A stretch of DNA of 64,000 nucleotides from a virus (IMGVR_UViG_2700988807_000001:12798-76797); one strand, 5' to 3'; shown: positions 17,224 through 27,624, counted from the stretch's first letter. Notes: generated from the sequence alone by a model not told the origin. Program-made: numbers and translations.

Positions 17224-20200
17224 GCCTCATCGAGGACCTCATTGTCGGAATGAAGTTCGACAATAAGCAGTTCGAAGCTGGCGCCAGGATCACCATGGCG
17301 ACTTTGGCCCAGCTCAAGGGCAGCATGAACTTCACCGGTGCAAGCAAGGGCATCGACGATGTTCAAGCTTCGGTCAACCGCTTCTCCATGGACAGCGCAG
17401 GCGCTGGTGTTGACACGTTCAGTGCTAAGTTTGTTGCTTTGTCGACGGTCGCTATTACAGCGCTGTCGAATATTACGAACCGAGCTATCGACGCCGGAAT
17501 CAACATCGCTAAGGCTCTTACCATTACGCCCGTCAAGGACGGTTTTGATGAGTATGAGCTGAAGATGGGTTCTATTCAGACCATCATGGCGAACACGTCG
17601 AAGCACGGCACAACACTTCAAGAGGTTACGGCTAACCTCGACGAGTTGAACACGTACGCTGACGAAACCATTTACAACTTCGGTGACATGACCAAGAACA
17701 TCGGTCTGTTCACCAACGCTGGCATCGGTGTCGCTGACGCTACGAAGATGATTAAGGGTTTCTCTAACGAAGCCGCGTCGTCTGGTACTAGTGCTCAGGG
17801 TGCCGCCGGCGCTGCTTACCAGCTTTCTCAGGCTCTTTCTGCTGGTCAGATCACCCTCATGGACTGGCGCTCGCTGACTAACGTCGGTATGGGTAACAAG
17901 AACATGCAGGAAGGCATCGTTCAGATCGCTGATGCTATGGGCGCTTTCAGTGGCACTGGTATCACGGCAAACGATGTCTTGAAGGACTTCAATGGCTCCC
18001 TTGAGAAGAAGTGGCTCAAGGCCGATGTCATGGAGAACTACCTAAAGATCCAGGCTGAAGGTAACGAAGAAGTCAGCCGCGCAATGATGAAGCAGATCGG
18101 TTTGAGCGATCAGCAAGCCGACGCATTCATCAAGCAGCAGAAAATTGCCCAGGACGCGGCAACCAAGGTTCGAACCTGGACGCAGCTCGTCGGTACGATC
18201 AAGGAAGGTGTCGGTTCGTCCTGGGCTCAGACTGCCGATATTATCCTTGGTGATTTCGATCAGGCTACCGATCTCTTCAGCGGCATCTACAACAAGATCG
18301 ATCCGCTTATCGGCGCAATGGGTAAGGCTCGTAACGACCTTCTCAAGGGCTGGGCTGATGGCGGCGGTCGAGACGACATGGTCGCTAGCATCAACAATGT
18401 GATCGACGGTCTCGTTTCGATCATGCGACCTATCAAGGAAGCTTTTCAGAACATTTTCCCGCCGGCGACGGCAGCGAACCTTATTTCTATCACCGCAGCA
18501 ATCAAGAACTTCACTGAGAAGCTCAAGATTGGTGGCGAAACAGCAGATAAGCTGAAGCGCACTTTCTCTGGCGTCTTTGCCATATTTGGTATTGCCTGGG
18601 AAGTCATCAAGGGCGTTGCCAGCGCTTTCGGTAAGTTGTTTGGCGCTGTTGGTCAAGGTGGCGGCGGCTTCTTGTCTCTCACAGCTAAGATCGGCGATTT
18701 CCTCACGAAGATCCATGCGGCCATCAAGAGTGGCGGAGTCTTCACAAAGATATTCGAGGTTCTAGGTACGGTGCTTGCCGTTCCGATCAAGATCTTCGGT
18801 AATCTTACCGAGGCAGTTGCTAACTTCTTCGGCGCTCTCGGTAACCTCGGCGGAGCCATCGGTCAGGTATACGGTATCCTCGCAAAGGGCGACTTCAAGG
18901 GTGGTCCTTTCTCCGAGGACTCGAAGATTGTCGATATTCTCTTCAGGATTCGAGAAGCTTTCGAGGTTGTCGGTTCCGCGGTAAGTCAGTTCTGGAACAT
19001 TCTTGCCAAGGGTGATTTTGTCGGCGGTGTGTTTGGGGAGGACTCGGCTATCGTCGACGGGCTCTTCAAGTTCCGCGACATGATCAAGGATTTCTTCTCG
19101 CCAGGCAACCTAACCAAGATGTTGGGTATCGGTGCTGGCGGTGGACTTGCTGTCGCTATCGGTATGCTCTTGAAGAAGGGCATCAAGTTCGGAGTCGATG
19201 ATTCCGAAGGCGGCATGTTCGACACCATCAAGGGAATGTTCGCTGGAATCAAGGGTACGTTTGAAAGTGTTTCGGGCGTTCTCGATAGCTTGACCGGTTC
19301 TCTCACGGCCATGCAGAACAACATCAAGGCGACAGTTCTTCTGAAGATCGCTGCCGCCGTTGGTCTGCTGGCTCTGTCGGTCAAGCTGCTCTCGACGATT
19401 GATGCTGGTGACCTGGCTAAGTCTATGGCGGCTATCGCCACTGGCTTCGGTATGCTGCTCGGTGCTATGACGGTCATGTCGAAGATTTCTGGCGCCGGCG
19501 GGTTGGCCACATTCCCCGCTATCGCCGCAGGAATGATGCTCATGGCCGGAGCAATCCTTATTCTCGCTGCAGCCGCTAAGGTGTTTGCGACGATGGATTG
19601 GGACGAGATTCTCAAGGGTCTCGTCGGTGTCGGTGTCATGATGGCTGCGCTTGTTGGTGCGGCATACGGTCTCGGTAAAGCCGAGGGTCCGATGCTTCGC
19701 GCTGGCCTCGCAATGATTCCGTTGGCAATCGGTATCAGAATCTTGGCAACAGCAGTCAAGGCTCTGGGTGACATGGAATGGGACGAGCTCGTCAAGGGCT
19801 TGATCGGCATGTCCGTGGCTCTCGGTGCAATCACACTGGCGCTCAAGTTCATGCCAGAGGGTATGCCAGCTATCGGTCTTGGTCTCACTCTGATCGGTGC
19901 TGGCTTGTTGGTCGTTGCTATGGCGATCAAGACAATGGGTAATACAGACACCGACGCCCTGGTCAAGGGCTTGATCGGTATATCTGTGGCTCTCGGTGCA
20001 ATCACTCTTGCTCTGAGATTTATGCCGAAGAACATGCCCTCCATTGGCTTCGGCCTCATCATGGTCGCGGGAGCACTCCAGCTTATTACGGGTGCGATCA
20101 AGACCATGGGTAACATGTCGTGGGATGAGTTGATCCGAGGTCTCGTTGGTCTCGGTGGCGCGATGGCTATCATGACTGTGGCTCTATCCCTTATGAGCGG

Positions 20201-23072
20201 TACCCTCGCTGGCTCGGCAGCTCTCATGGTTGCTTCGCTGGCGCTGGCCATGCTTATTCCCCCGTTGCTGCTGCTTTCGGCAATGTCTTGGCAGGACCTT
20301 CTCACTGGTCTCGGCGGATTGGCCGGTATATTCACAGTCATCGGTCTGGCTGGTTTGCTATTGACGCCGGTTCTCCCAGCCATCCTTGGTTTGGGTGCCG
20401 CGATGGCAATGATCGGTGTCGGTATGGTTGCCGTCGGTGCTGGAGCATTGCTATTTTCCATGGCTTTGACAGCCGTGGTGAATGTCCTCGCTCTAGGTAA
20501 GACTGCTCTGGTTAATCTAGCAGACACATTCCCGCTATTGGCTACAAGATTCGGTGAGGCTATGACGGCCTTCATCGTTTCTCTCGGAGCCAATGCTGGA
20601 AAGATCGTTGGTGCTTTCAAGAACCTTCTGATCAGCATGCTCGATGCAGTTATCGAGATCGCTCCGAAGATCGGTGAAACGGTAAGTACGCTTCTCCAGA
20701 CCTTCCTGCAGCTGATCATCGATAATGCGCCAATGATTGGTCAAGCCTTCTCGACCCTTATCCAGACGCTTCTCAACATCGTCACGGAGAATGCGCCTCG
20801 TATTTGGGATGCGGGATTCAACCTCATCACGGGCTTCCTCGGAACCATTCGTGATCGAGTTCCTGAGATCGTCACTATCGCTACCGATATCATCGTCAAC
20901 TTCATCAACGCGATCTCCAGCAATCTCCCGAGAATCGTTCAGGCCGGTTTCGATCTGATCATCAACTTCCTGAACAGCCTTGCCGACTCCATTCGAGCAA
21001 ACAGCGGTTTGGTTACCGACGCCGCGTTGAACGTGGCTGACGCAATCATCGACGGTATGGTCCAGGGTATTTCTCGGGGCATCGGTCGAGTCGTTGACGC
21101 TGCAAAGAACATGGCGTCGAACGCTCTGAATGCAGCCAAGAATTTCCTCGGTATCAATTCACCGTCGAAGGAATTCCGTTACATTGGTGAGTGGGTTGGC
21201 GAGGGTTTCGTTCTTGGTATGGAACGAAGTGAATCCCACGTCAGAATGGGTGCCATATCCTTGGCCAAGACCGCTCTCAATGCTACGCAGCATGAGCTTC
21301 GTGGTATCGCCGGTATGTTCCAGGAAGCTTGGAGCATTCTGTCTGAGGGCGATTTCAAGGGAATCGGACCGTGGCAGGAAGACGATCCGATCGTCAACAC
21401 CCTCTTCAATATTCGAGAGGGTCTCGGTGGTATCGGTGCCGTGGCGCGAACCACCTGGGGTATTCTGGCTGAGGGCGATTATATCGGTAACGGCGGAATC
21501 ATGGAAGAAGATTCCCCGATCGTCGACACCCTCTTCAATATTCGTGAGGGCCTCGACAGGGTTGGTAAGACCGCAACCACGGTCTGGAGTATTCTCGCCA
21601 AGGGAGACTTCGTCGGAAACGGCGGAATTCTTGAGGAAGATTCTCCGATTGTAGATACGCTGTTCAACCTCCGCGAAGGTTTCGAGGCTGTCCAAGGCTC
21701 TGCCAAGGAAGCTTGGAACGTCCTCACCGAGGGCGACTTCAAGGGTGTCGGTATCTGGGAAGAAGACTCCCCGATTATCGATGGCCTCATGCGTATTCAC
21801 GAAGGGTTCGAAGACTTCCAGGAAGTTGGTCAAGACGCCATCCAGGGTCTGATCAATGGTCTTCAGAACGGCGCCAACAACGTCGCAAAGGCTGCTCACG
21901 ATATTGCGACCGGCGCTCTGGACTCGGCCAAGACGGCGCTCGGTATTCGATCTCCTTCGCGGGAGTTCAAGAAGGTCGGTGACGACTCGGTCCAGGGTCT
22001 TGTCAATGGCGTCAACGATGGTCTTGACAAGGTCGAGAAGTCCGGCGAGAACATGGCGACAAAACTCTTCGGCGGCTTCACCAAGAGTATTGGTACGGGC
22101 ATGCCCGACGTCGTCGAGTCCATCGTCAAGGTTCTTAAGAGTGGTGAGGGAGACCTCAACATTGGTGGTCCTAATGCTCCACTCACGTGGCAGCTGAAGG
22201 GTTTGAACCAGGCACTCAAGCAGACCGATCTGCAGTTGGCTATATTCTTCGGTGCTGTCGATGCGGCAGATCCGAAGGCTCTCGAAGAGTACGTCGAGAA
22301 GGCCGCTAACAACCTCACGTTCCTCGCAGGCATCTTGGACGGTTTGGCTAGCTCTGCTAATCAGGCGTTCGCGAAGCTCAAGGAGGGCGAGACCCTCGAT
22401 AAGGTTATCGGTAACGAGGACTTCCTCTCGGGGATCCTCAATGCCGTCTTGTCTCTGGTTCCCGGTGTGGAGGGTGCTGCGATTCGGCTCGGCGTCACTC
22501 TGGTGAACGGTCTGTTCGGAGCTATATTTGGAGAGACTCTTCTCGGGATGCTCGGAAACTTCGTCCAGAAGGCTATCCAAACGGTTGCCGGCTGGTTCGG
22601 AATCAAGTTCCCGGTCAAGGAGGAGATCAAGGAAGGCGAGAAGGCTCTCGAAGACTTCGTCGTCAAGGTCGAAGGTGGTGTCGGTAGGTTCAACAAGCTG
22701 ACAGAAGAGGGCGTTAAGGCTCTGACCAACACTCTCGCTGGCGTCAGCACTGCTGTTGACGACATCAACACCCAGCCGAAGATTACTCCGGTCCTTGAGC
22801 TGAAGCAATTCAACAAGGACAGTGCAAGCATGCTCAGTGGTCTCAACTCTGCTTCCATATCTTTGGATACGTCGGCAGGGAAGGCGGACACGCTCTTCGA
22901 CAAGCAGCGTGAGTTCGCTGAGAACCAGGCGGCTGTTGAGCAGGTTCAGCCGAACATCAACATCGAGTACAACCAAACGAACAATTCACCGAAGCCCATC
23001 AGTCATGTCGAGGTTTTCCGACAGACTAAGAGCCAACTATCACTGACTAAGGAGGCGTTGAAGGTATCATGA
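17220..23072 (+). CDS. Tape measure protein
   Basis: About 1950 aa, Ala/Gly-rich helical repeats, N-terminal tape-measure domain, precedes Dit/Tal-like genes. Confidence 0.92.
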   Translation: MSLIEDLIVGMKFDNKQFEAGARITMATLAQLKGSMNFTGASKGIDDVQASVNRFSMDSAGAGVDTFSAKFVALSTVAITALSNITNRAIDAGINIAKALTITPVKDGFDEYELKMGSIQTIMANTSKHGTTLQEVTANLDELNTYADETIYNFGDMTKNIGLFTNAGIGVADATKMIKGFSNEAASSGTSAQGAAGAAYQLSQALSAGQITLMDWRSLTNVGMGNKNMQEGIVQIADAMGAFSGTGITANDVLKDFNGSLEKKWLKADVMENYLKIQAEGNEEVSRAMMKQIGLSDQQADAFIKQQKIAQDAATKVRTWTQLVGTIKEGVGSSWAQTADIILGDFDQATDLFSGIYNKIDPLIGAMGKARNDLLKGWADGGGRDDMVASINNVIDGLVSIMRPIKEAFQNIFPPATAANLISITAAIKNFTEKLKIGGETADKLKRTFSGVFAIFGIAWEVIKGVASAFGKLFGAVGQGGGGFLSLTAKIGDFLTKIHAAIKSGGVFTKIFEVLGTVLAVPIKIFGNLTEAVANFFGALGNLGGAIGQVYGILAKGDFKGGPFSEDSKIVDILFRIREAFEVVGSAVSQFWNILAKGDFVGGVFGEDSAIVDGLFKFRDMIKDFFSPGNLTKMLGIGAGGGLAVAIGMLLKKGIKFGVDDSEGGMFDTIKGMFAGIKGTFESVSGVLDSLTGSLTAMQNNIKATVLLKIAAAVGLLALSVKLLSTIDAGDLAKSMAAIATGFGMLLGAMTVMSKISGAGGLATFPAIAAGMMLMAGAILILAAAAKVFATMDWDEILKGLVGVGVMMAALVGAAYGLGKAEGPMLRAGLAMIPLAIGIRILATAVKALGDMEWDELVKGLIGMSVALGAITLALKFMPEGMPAIGLGLTLIGAGLLVVAMAIKTMGNTDTDALVKGLIGISVALGAITLALRFMPKNMPSIGFGLIMVAGALQLITGAIKTMGNMSWDELIRGLVGLGGAMAIMTVALSLMSGTLAGSAALMVASLALAMLIPPLLLLSAMSWQDLLTGLGGLAGIFTVIGLAGLLLTPVLPAILGLGAAMAMIGVGMVAVGAGALLFSMALTAVVNVLALGKTALVNLADTFPLLATRFGEAMTAFIVSLGANAGKIVGAFKNLLISMLDAVIEIAPKIGETVSTLLQTFLQLIIDNAPMIGQAFSTLIQTLLNIVTENAPRIWDAGFNLITGFLGTIRDRVPEIVTIATDIIVNFINAISSNLPRIVQAGFDLIINFLNSLADSIRANSGLVTDAALNVADAIIDGMVQGISRGIGRVVDAAKNMASNALNAAKNFLGINSPSKEFRYIGEWVGEGFVLGMERSESHVRMGAISLAKTALNATQHELRGIAGMFQEAWSILSEGDFKGIGPWQEDDPIVNTLFNIREGLGGIGAVARTTWGILAEGDYIGNGGIMEEDSPIVDTLFNIREGLDRVGKTATTVWSILAKGDFVGNGGILEEDSPIVDTLFNLREGFEAVQGSAKEAWNVLTEGDFKGVGIWEEDSPIIDGLMRIHEGFEDFQEVGQDAIQGLINGLQNGANNVAKAAHDIATGALDSAKTALGIRSPSREFKKVGDDSVQGLVNGVNDGLDKVEKSGENMATKLFGGFTKSIGTGMPDVVESIVKVLKSGEGDLNIGGPNAPLTWQLKGLNQALKQTDLQLAIFFGAVDAADPKALEEYVEKAANNLTFLAGILDGLASSANQAFAKLKEGETLDKVIGNEDFLSGILNAVLSLVPGVEGAAIRLGVTLVNGLFGAIFGETLLGMLGNFVQKAIQTVAGWFGIKFPVKEEIKEGEKALEDFVVKVEGGVGRFNKLTEEGVKALTNTLAGVSTAVDDINTQPKITPVLELKQFNKDSASMLSGLNSASISLDTSAGKADTLFDKQREFAENQAAVEQVQPNINIEYNQTNNSPKPISHVEVFRQTKSQLSLTKEALKVS

Positions 23073-23896
23073 GATTTGACAAAGTTATTTTGGCCGGAGC
23101 AACGCCTATCACTCTGTTCGACCACAAGAACCCACGTTCTACACCATACACAACGAGAACGATTGATGGTCTGGGTCCCACAGAGGTTAATGTCGCCCTT
23201 GCGCAGAACCTTGAAGGTGGGGGTCTGTATATTGGACGACGTCCTCAGCTACGTGAGATTACGGTAAATGCTTCTCTGAACCCGGACTACACAATTGGGC
23301 AAACGCCGGAGAAACTGAGAGAAGATATTTACCGGTTGGTTCCGGTGAACAGAGATCGATCGTTGGATTTCTGTCTCCTGCTGAACGGGGAGGAACTTGC
23401 TATCACGCCCGTGTACGTCAAGCGTGTTGATGTCTCCCCGTTCAGTAAGGACACCCTCTTCCAGATCGTTCTGGCGTCTACGTCGGAATACTTCTACAAG
23501 AGAGTTCCTCTACTCGACGAAGCACCGAACTTCAACACCCTGAACCCGAACTTTGTCAACGTTGGGTCCGCCCCCACCGGTTTCAGAGTTCGGGTCAGGT
23601 TTACCGGAGCGGCAACTCAGTTCGGTTTCTACAGGTACGATCTACCGGATCGAATGCTCGTCACCTACAACTTCCAGACCAACGATATTCTTGAGATTAA
23701 CACAAATCAGGGTAGTCGTGGCGTGTGGTTGACTCGCGGTGGCGTCATGACGAGTTTGATCGGAAATCTGAGTACGGATTCGACCTGGCTTGTGTTGGAA
23801 TCGGGAGACAACCCGTTCGTAACATTTGTCGGAATCGGCGCACCGCAGTTCACCTGGCAGCAATTCGAGTATCGTCCTAAGTATCTGGGAGTGTGA
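23069..23896 (+). CDS. Distal tail (Dit-like) protein
   Basis: Directly after TMP; IDGLGP and NVGSAPTGF; 275 aa. Confidence 0.7.
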   Translation: MRFDKVILAGATPITLFDHKNPRSTPYTTRTIDGLGPTEVNVALAQNLEGGGLYIGRRPQLREITVNASLNPDYTIGQTPEKLREDIYRLVPVNRDRSLDFCLLLNGEELAITPVYVKRVDVSPFSKDTLFQIVLASTSEYFYKRVPLLDEAPNFNTLNPNFVNVGSAPTGFRVRVRFTGAATQFGFYRYDLPDRMLVTYNFQTNDILEINTNQGSRGVWLTRGGVMTSLIGNLSTDSTWLVLESGDNPFVTFVGIGAPQFTWQQFEYRPKYLGV

Positions 23897-23899
23897 CCT

Positions 23900-25294
23900 A
23901 TGGATCTCGTAACGCTAAAGGATTGGGTATATCCAACACTTCCGACCCATCCGTGGTACGTTCCTGACGATGCTGTTGGACGCGAGAGTGATCCGCTATA
24001 TTCGACGCCGTCGCCTAAGCAGCCGGGGGTATACACACCTCTGAATCTCATCGAGGGCTACACGTCGCTCATTTGGAAAGAAAGCTTTGCCGGCACCAAC
24101 GGCACGTTCGAGCTCAAAACCTACGACGTTCAAAAGACTCTCGATGCGCTTCCCAAGGGTACGCTGGTTAGCCTCCTCGATACCGACGAGGTCTACATCG
24201 TTACGACTCGCCACATTGGTACGGACGAAGGTGGGGTGGACACGCTTACGGTCTCGGGCGTGAGCATTCTGAAGTTCCTTCTCGATAATCGAATCACCTG
24301 GTCGTACGACCCAACAACCCCGACGCCTATTCGTGCAACCAACGTGAATTTGAACTTCAGGATCCCGGACCACCTAGCGTTTATTTTGTGGTCGGGTCTC
24401 GTCTTCCACCATCGCGAAGGTGGTGTCAGCGGAGGTAAGCCGTTCGAACTTCCGTATGACATCACTGTTCCTCACACGGCAGTGTCTCAAAGTCTGTATG
24501 ATCCGTCCAAGGGCGATCTATATTCGACCGAGTGGCCTCCACCAATCGAGTATCGTATTACTTCGATAAACGATCTCATGGCTTTGACGCAGAGGTTTGG
24601 CGTCAGAACAATTAGGCCTCGTGGTGGGTCTGCTTGGATTTACAAGCCTTCATTGGCGTCCAAGTTTGGTGAGTATGATCCGCTGGTGATGCAGACAAAC
24701 ATCGACAAGATGCTGTTTGACGTCTATGAGGGTCTTGATCGAACTAAGGCTGACGCGAATCGGATCGTGTTTCGGCACGATGCCGGCGATATTGTCAGTT
24801 CGGAATTCTTGGATTCCATCGAAACGTTCAAGAACGTCGTGAATTCACACGCTGAGGTTGATCCGACTAAGACCGCTTTCTCGAACATGTTTCCTCCGGT
24901 TGTTTCCAAGATCCACTACGCGACTGGGTTGCCGGGAAGCACGCCGGCGGACAATGTCAAACCGGGAACACAGTTTTTGATGGGCGAGGTTGCGTCGACC
25001 GCCGACTTGAAGAACTACGGCCTAAACGCGGCTACCAGCGCTCGTATGTCAGCCGACGCATACAAGTATCTTCGAGACAACAAGCGCATCGACATGTTGA
25101 CTGCCGATATTTCGCCCGACACGCAGTACAAGTACAAAGTGCATTACAACCTTGGAGACATTGTCTACGTGCAGGGTAAGTATGGCGGGCTGCAGAAGAT
25201 GGTGGTCTCTGAATACACCCGCACATCCGAGAACATCGGTGAGAGCGGATACCCGACACTGGTACGATGGGAGGACCCAAGTGGTAGCACCTAA
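23900..25294 (+). CDS. Minor tail protein (baseplate hub / Tal-like)
   Basis: YTSLIWKE..GTFEL; C-terminal YKVHYNLGDIV..VSEY. Confidence 0.7.
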   Translation: MDLVTLKDWVYPTLPTHPWYVPDDAVGRESDPLYSTPSPKQPGVYTPLNLIEGYTSLIWKESFAGTNGTFELKTYDVQKTLDALPKGTLVSLLDTDEVYIVTTRHIGTDEGGVDTLTVSGVSILKFLLDNRITWSYDPTTPTPIRATNVNLNFRIPDHLAFILWSGLVFHHREGGVSGGKPFELPYDITVPHTAVSQSLYDPSKGDLYSTEWPPPIEYRITSINDLMALTQRFGVRTIRPRGGSAWIYKPSLASKFGEYDPLVMQTNIDKMLFDVYEGLDRTKADANRIVFRHDAGDIVSSEFLDSIETFKNVVNSHAEVDPTKTAFSNMFPPVVSKIHYATGLPGSTPADNVKPGTQFLMGEVASTADLKNYGLNAATSARMSADAYKYLRDNKRIDMLTADISPDTQYKYKVHYNLGDIVYVQGKYGGLQKMVVSEYTRTSENIGESGYPTLVRWEDPSGST

Positions 25295-25322
25295 TTCTTG
25301 TCCGAGGGAAGGAGGTGAAATT

Positions 25323-25907
25323 GTGGAGGAAACAAAACCAAAGTGGCATGCGGTTAAGCCTTGGAATCGTCACGGCTTAATCCTCACCGTCGTTGGTGTT
25401 GCGTATATTCTCATTGGAATCACCTACACCATCGCGCCACCAAGCGAGGCTCGCAGGGAAGCATTACATCTTGCTTTCAGCATCATGCCCTTTAGCTGGT
25501 GGGGTGTCGGTTTCATTGTGGTGGGAATCATCTCCACCATGTCATCTCGTTGGCCGTCGCTACCAAGAACGTTGGGATATTCGACGTTGACTGGGTGGTC
25601 TGCGGCTTGGGCCGGGTTTAATATTGTTGGTGGCCTATCGCAGCACGATACGCATCTATCCTATGCGGCAGGTGGTTTGGCATGGGGATTGATGGGTTTC
25701 CTTTGGTGGGCGATTAGCGGCTTAATTTGTCCACCTAAGGAAAGGGGGGTACGTGGACGCCCTGCCCCATATCGTGAGCCTAGCTGTCGCTTTGATTGCG
25801 GCATTGTCCGCGTTAGCGACGCAGCGGGCGTCATCGAAAGCAAGTCGAACGGAGAAACAAGAAGCTTCCCGAGCCAGCATGGAGACGGAAGCGTACGAAC
25901 GAGCTAG
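25323..25907 (+). CDS. Multi-pass membrane protein (holin candidate)
   Basis: GTG start after GGAGGTG; four hydrophobic segments. Confidence 0.55.
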   Translation: MEETKPKWHAVKPWNRHGLILTVVGVAYILIGITYTIAPPSEARREALHLAFSIMPFSWWGVGFIVVGIISTMSSRWPSLPRTLGYSTLTGWSAAWAGFNIVGGLSQHDTHLSYAAGGLAWGLMGFLWWAISGLICPPKERGVRGRPAPYREPSCRFDCGIVRVSDAAGVIESKSNGETRSFPSQHGDGSVRTS

Positions 25908-26094
25908 AGCTTTCGATACGGAGACGATCCGACGTCAGAACGAACAGATCGCAGCCCTCTTGGCTAAAGTTGCCAAGCAGGACGAGGAGATGCTTCAGCT
26001 TCAGGAGAAGTTGAAGATGACGAACGAACGTCTAGAGAGTATCGAAAGTCATACCTGTGGCCCGGATGCGGGCTTGGAGCCAGCTAATGGTTAA
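25753..26094 (+). CDS. Membrane-anchored coiled-coil protein (lysis accessory candidate)
   Basis: N-terminal TM helix then coiled coil; RBS AAGGGGG. Confidence 0.6.
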   Translation: MDALPHIVSLAVALIAALSALATQRASSKASRTEKQEASRASMETEAYERARAFDTETIRRQNEQIAALLAKVAKQDEEMLQLQEKLKMTNERLESIESHTCGPDAGLEPANG

Positions 26095-26103
26095 TCCTAC
26101 TAT

Positions 26104-26145
26104 TCGCAAAAATTACACACCCTATAATGAGACCCCTATGAAAGG
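26104..26145 (+). promoter_or_regulatory. TCGCA-N14-TATAAT promoter-like element plus GAGACCCCTATGAAAGG leader, copy 1
   Basis: Conserved repeat directly upstream of the ORF at 26153. Confidence 0.8.
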
Positions 26146-26152
26146 AACTGTA

Positions 26153-26452
26153 ATGTTCAACTCCAAGCCCTCCACCAGCAAGTCTGGCCTCGAAGACGCT
26201 ATCAACAACCTTCTCTCTGAGATGGCCGGTTATGACGCGCACTCCGAAGCTTACGCCCAGATGGCGGACCAGCTTGTCAAGCTCTACGAACTGAAGGAAG
26301 TCGACCACAAGGCCGAATCCGGAAAGCGCGTAAGTGCTGACACGCTGGCCATCGTCGGCGGCAACATCTTCGGAATCGCCATGATCGTCCTCTATGAGCA
26401 GAGGGGCGTTCTGACGTCCAAGGCCCTGCCTTTGCTGATGAAGCTGAAGTAA
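26153..26452 (+). CDS. Cassette protein with C-terminal hydrophobic helix
   Basis: ATG follows the leader RBS. Confidence 0.75.
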   Translation: MFNSKPSTSKSGLEDAINNLLSEMAGYDAHSEAYAQMADQLVKLYELKEVDHKAESGKRVSADTLAIVGGNIFGIAMIVLYEQRGVLTSKALPLLMKLK

Positions 26453-26477
26453 CATACACCCACACAGGTGCCCCCGA

Positions 26478-26530
26478 CTGAGGAGGCTTGTAAGGACGAG
26501 ATTTATATCCTTGCAAGCCTTCTCAGTTTT
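26478..26530 (+). terminator. Intrinsic terminator
   Basis: CTGAGGAGGCTTGTAAGGA / TCCTTGCAAGCCTTCTCAG stem followed by TTTT. Confidence 0.7.
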
Positions 26531-26598
26531 CGTCGCATCAAAAACACGCCTTCTCAATTTTTCCCGGGGAGGACTTTTGGCTCAAAGTCTTCGAAGGG

Positions 26599-26640
26599 TC
26601 GCATGTAAAACACACTATATAATGAGACCCCTACGAAAGG
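26599..26640 (+). promoter_or_regulatory. Promoter plus leader, copy 2
   Basis: TCGCATGTAAAACACACTATATAATGAGACCCCTACGAAAGG. Confidence 0.8.
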
Positions 26641-26647
26641 AACCGAG

Positions 26648-26839
26648 ATGAAGAACTCCCCGCTCAAGGCTATCAAGAAGATCCACGCCCGACTGACCAA
26701 GACTCAGAAGGAACGCGACCGCGACTTCCTCCAGGAATACATGAAGAACAATCCTGGATGGACGACGACTACGCAGTTCCAGAAAGATTACGAGGCCGCG
26801 TTCGGCTGCAACCCTCTTGACCAGCAGCGCAAGTCCTGA
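26648..26839 (+). CDS. Cassette hypothetical protein
   Basis: Leader RBS upstream and terminator downstream. Confidence 0.7.
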   Translation: MKNSPLKAIKKIHARLTKTQKERDRDFLQEYMKNNPGWTTTTQFQKDYEAAFGCNPLDQQRKS

Positions 26840-26861
26840 TCTACAAACCTAAGTACGATCC

Positions 26862-26902
26862 AAAACCACAAGTCCAATCTATACACGGACTTTTGGTTTT
26901 TT
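26862..26902 (+). terminator. Terminator hairpin with ACAC loop
   Basis: AAAACCACAAGTCC-AATCTATACAC-GGACTTTTGGTTTTTT; near-identical copy at 29059. Confidence 0.7.
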
Positions 26903-26918
26903 CTATCTGGAGGTCGAC

Positions 26919-27134
26919 GTGACAAACAAGTTATTCGTCCTGACCAACACGCTGGTGGCGTACACGACTTCAGACTACGCTTTCGGAATTGTGGTCGGTG
27001 TCACGGCAACACATATTTACTTCAAGACCAAGTACAAAGCGATGCTGACCCCTCACGACATGGACCGTCTCAAGATGGGGCTCCCTGTTCAACTCGACAC
27101 CAGTCAAGGTCCGCTCTACATCAAGGGTATCTGA
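26919..27134 (+). CDS. Small membrane protein
   Basis: GGAGG RBS, GTG start, one hydrophobic segment. Confidence 0.6.
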   Translation: MTNKLFVLTNTLVAYTTSDYAFGIVVGVTATHIYFKTKYKAMLTPHDMDRLKMGLPVQLDTSQGPLYIKGI

Positions 27135-27177
27135 TCGCACATATTACACGCCCTATAATGAAACCCTCGACGAAAGG
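27135..27177 (+). promoter_or_regulatory. Promoter plus variant leader, copy 3
   Basis: TCGCACATATTACACGCCCTATAATGAAACCCTCGACGAAAGG. Confidence 0.75.
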
Positions 27178-27184
27178 ATCAGTA

Positions 27185-27352
27185 ATGAACACCAAGATTG
27201 CTGCCGTCAAGAACCATGTCAAGAAGCACCGAGCGATCTACGCTGCTGCAGGAACGCTAATCGTCTGCACGGCCGCGCATATTCGCATCGTGAGCAACTT
27301 GAACAGGTTCCTTGACGCGCACGACCTGATGGATCAGTACTACATTGAATGA
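27185..27352 (+). CDS. Cassette small membrane protein
   Basis: MNTKIAAVKNHVKKH followed by a hydrophobic helix. Confidence 0.7.
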   Translation: MNTKIAAVKNHVKKHRAIYAAAGTLIVCTAAHIRIVSNLNRFLDAHDLMDQYYIE

Positions 27353-27363
27353 GAGTTCAAGAG

Positions 27364-27395
27364 CTGAGATGTCCTAACACGACATTTCAGTTTTT
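27364..27395 (+). terminator. Terminator hairpin with ACAC loop
   Basis: CTGAGATGTC-CTAACAC-GACATTTCAG-TTTTT. Confidence 0.7.
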
Positions 27396-27407
27396 CTCGT
27401 ACGGGAA

Positions 27408-27449
27408 TCGCACAAAATACACACTATATAATGAGACCCCTACGAAAGG
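27408..27449 (+). promoter_or_regulatory. Promoter plus leader, copy 4
   Basis: TCGCACAAAATACACACTATATAATGAGACCCCTACGAAAGG. Confidence 0.8.
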
Positions 27450-27457
27450 AAACTGTC

Positions 27458-27607
27458 ATGAAGATCGCCAACATCAAGAACCACTTCCAGGCTCATGCCA
27501 TCGAGTACGGTGTCGCAGGTACGTTCGCAACGTACATTGTCGGCAACATGCTCCTCAGCAAGACCCTGGAGAAGGTGATTACCAAGGCCATCTCCTCCGA
27601 GAACTGA
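27458..27607 (+). CDS. Cassette small membrane protein (49 aa, not in ORF track)
   Basis: MKIANIKNHFQAHAIEYGVAGTFATYIVGNMLL after the leader RBS. Confidence 0.7.
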   Translation: MKIANIKNHFQAHAIEYGVAGTFATYIVGNMLLSKTLEKVITKAISSEN

Positions 27608-27624
27608 CCAATCAACAAGGAACC

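Noticed and set aside
18986-22976. 577-aa and 605-aa minus-strand ORFs
   Set aside because: Shadows of the tape measure gene.
26533-26556. Additional promoter copy TCGCATCAAAAACACGCC
   Set aside because: It lacks the TATAAT block; probably a degenerate remnant and not counted.
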